From Parcubacteria group bacterium (GTDB taxonomy: Bacteria > Patescibacteriota > Minisyncoccia > Moranbacterales > UBA2206), in assembly GCA_041659505.1 (NCBI GenBank), contig JBAZYF010000001.1, positions 189,274-253,273 of the forward strand: a stretch of DNA of 64,000 nt. The letters run 5' to 3'. Made by a program: the position numbers and the translations under genes. The notes below the pieces were generated by a model. It was given only the letters and a program-made list of their open reading frames with translations, had not been told where the DNA came from and did not search any database. Of this stretch, positions 62,628 through 64,000 are shown piece by piece. Position 1 is the first letter of the stretch. The number at the start of each line of letters is the position of its first letter.

Positions 62628-63230
62628 ATGGAAACATTCTTATCAACAATTACTTCTGGCTATCCAATACCAACTTGGATCGTAAAAGTAGCTCTAATTA
62701 TTTGGGCTGTTTATATTTTTGTTGGAATAGTACTTCGTATTTATAAATTTATTGAAAAAACAAACAGCTCTATTTGTTTATTTAATGAAGTTAAAAAAGA
62801 ACTGAAATCATTAGGTGACAAGCATTCCAAGCTACTGGAAAAATTCAACACGCTTATCGCTGCGCTAGCTGAAAAAAACTCGCTCGATAATCCAGATTTA
62901 TTTTCCACAAATAGCCCACTGAATCTCACTCAAAAAGGAATTGACTTTATTGAAAATGTTGGATGGAAGGCATCGCTTGAAAATGAAGTCAATAAGAAGA
63001 TACTGTTCGATTCATTGGATAAATTCAAATTGAAAACAAAATATGACGTTGAAAAATATTCAATCGTCTTACTTACAGAGCTAGCGGGAATGAGAAGTGA
63101 AAATCCCTACACTCCCGTAAAAAGATACCTTTATGAAAATGCCAAGCAGGATGATTTCAAAGTATTAACCGCTTGTGCCATATATCTCAGGGATAAATAC
63201 TTAGAAAGCCATCCAGAAATAAAAGACTAA
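62628..63230 (+). CDS. hypothetical membrane-anchored protein (only credible plus-strand gene in the window)
   Basis: N-terminal TM helix VKVALIIWAVYIFVGIVL; no recognisable motif. Confidence 0.5.
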   Translation: METFLSTITSGYPIPTWIVKVALIIWAVYIFVGIVLRIYKFIEKTNSSICLFNEVKKELKSLGDKHSKLLEKFNTLIAALAEKNSLDNPDLFSTNSPLNLTQKGIDFIENVGWKASLENEVNKKILFDSLDKFKLKTKYDVEKYSIVLLTELAGMRSENPYTPVKRYLYENAKQDDFKVLTACAIYLRDKYLESHPEIKD

Positions 63231-63268
63231 ATAGCCAGAACGTGGCTATTTTTTCTTGCTACCAAAAT

Positions 63269-63952
63269 TTACTGACAAGCGTATTGACAAGCATCGATCC
63301 AACTTGCAAGTTCGCTTTTTGTTTGAACATATCCCAAGATATTAACGCTCGCGCCTTTGTGAATTCCGAGGTGTAGGTGTTTTCTCTCGCCGTCCGTTTC
63401 CGTGCTATAGGCAGCGCCGAGTTGACCAAGTGTGTCGCCGGCTTTCAGATCAGCCCCGATAGCGCTTGTGATACTGGAAAGTTTCAAGTGGCCGTAAACA
63501 ACCGTAACTGGTTGGTTGTTGAGCATGCACGATTCCACAGCCACTCCGCCATAACCGCTGGCAGATTTTTTCAAGATTAATTTTCCGTCACAAATTGCCT
63601 GCACAGGAACGGTTGCGTTCAGTTCTTCGGGAAAGATTTCGAAATCCGTGCCAGTGTGATAGCCAGAAAAACGTTCCGGCTGAACTGGAGACGTTGCTGG
63701 CGTGATGTAGATGCCGAAATATTTTTTGGTCACGCGCTCATTGGCGCGATCTAGTGGAGCCTGAAAACCACCAACGACTTGCACTGGTGAGCTGGTCGCC
63801 GGATCGGAAACTGTAGAATTATTTTGTATCGGCAAAGGCTGAGTTTGATTATTTTTAGTCACAGAGGCAGGCGCAACTATTTTTTCCACCCGCCAAAAAA
63901 TCAACCCCACTAAAACAAAAACTAAAATCAGAAGAATAAAATATTTTTTCAT
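63269..63952 (-). CDS. M23 family (LytM-like) metallopeptidase, secreted/anchored
   Basis: signal anchor; YHTGTDFE (HxGxD) and HLHLGIHK zinc-binding motifs. Confidence 0.85.
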   Translation of the reverse strand: MKKYFILLILVFVLVGLIFWRVEKIVAPASVTKNNQTQPLPIQNNSTVSDPATSSPVQVVGGFQAPLDRANERVTKKYFGIYITPATSPVQPERFSGYHTGTDFEIFPEELNATVPVQAICDGKLILKKSASGYGGVAVESCMLNNQPVTVVYGHLKLSSITSAIGADLKAGDTLGQLGAAYSTETDGERKHLHLGIHKGASVNILGYVQTKSELASWIDACQYACQ

Positions 63953-64000
63953 ATTCTTATATTATTAAAATAGCTCTCTTTTGCGAATTTTTTTCTCCAA

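Overview
The window reads as two parts. Bases ~1-49,900 are an accessory-type locus carried almost entirely on the minus strand. The gene order on that strand is: a 7,019-aa repetitive surface protein gene (49575..28516), an Avd-like four-helix-bundle gene, LamG4, ATPase3, LamG3, ATPase2, LamG2, a GxxExxY gene, LamG1, ATPase1. The four LamG genes are paralogous giant proteins (1,753-1,954 aa), each with an N-terminal signal anchor, a DUF2341-like domain and six LamG (concanavalin-A-like, Laminin_G_3-type) domains. Their first ~140 bp and last ~110 bp are nearly identical in DNA, while the interiors are strongly diverged. Between them sit three mutually diverged COG1373-type AAA+ ATPases (Walker A GxRRxGKT/S, Walker B FLDE[IV]Q, C-terminal DUF4143/PD-(D/E)xK-like motif). 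In one slot a GxxExxY (PD-(D/E)xK family) gene sits instead, flanked by a ~55-bp direct repeat. In another an Avd-like gene is embedded in AATTTTGAA repeat arrays. A locus-specific palindromic element family (GTAGAGACG-stem-CGTCTCTAC; 13 copies, compensatory stem variants) fills every intergenic region of this locus. Three copies are inserted in frame inside coding sequences (ATPase1, LamG3, giant gene), reminiscent of Rickettsia palindromic elements. Other regulatory-looking sequence includes direct-repeat (iteron-like) arrays of the half-site CCTCGTCTTGG, a conserved ~45-nt module right after each LamG stop codon, and one good sigma70-like promoter upstream of LamG2. The giant gene contains two near-identical tandem duplications (1,377-bp and 1,302-bp periods) and three diverged ~1.2-kb repeats. 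Bases ~49,900-64,000 are ordinary housekeeping, also minus strand: GH73-like peptidoglycan hydrolase, Lgt, a short Mur-ligase-like protein, class I/II aminotransferase, NUDIX hydrolase, Ddl, a HEPN/MNT (HI0074/HI0073-type) toxin-antitoxin pair, secreted and lipoproteins, a CPVC membrane protein with a CPHC thioredoxin-fold lipoprotein, an RRM RNA-binding protein, a TrmB-like regulator and an M23 peptidase. No rRNA, tRNA or CRISPR array was recognised. Gene content suggests a small-genome, possibly CPR/Patescibacteria-like bacterium; this is inference only. All coordinates not taken from the ORF track were counted by hand and may be off by 1-2 nt.
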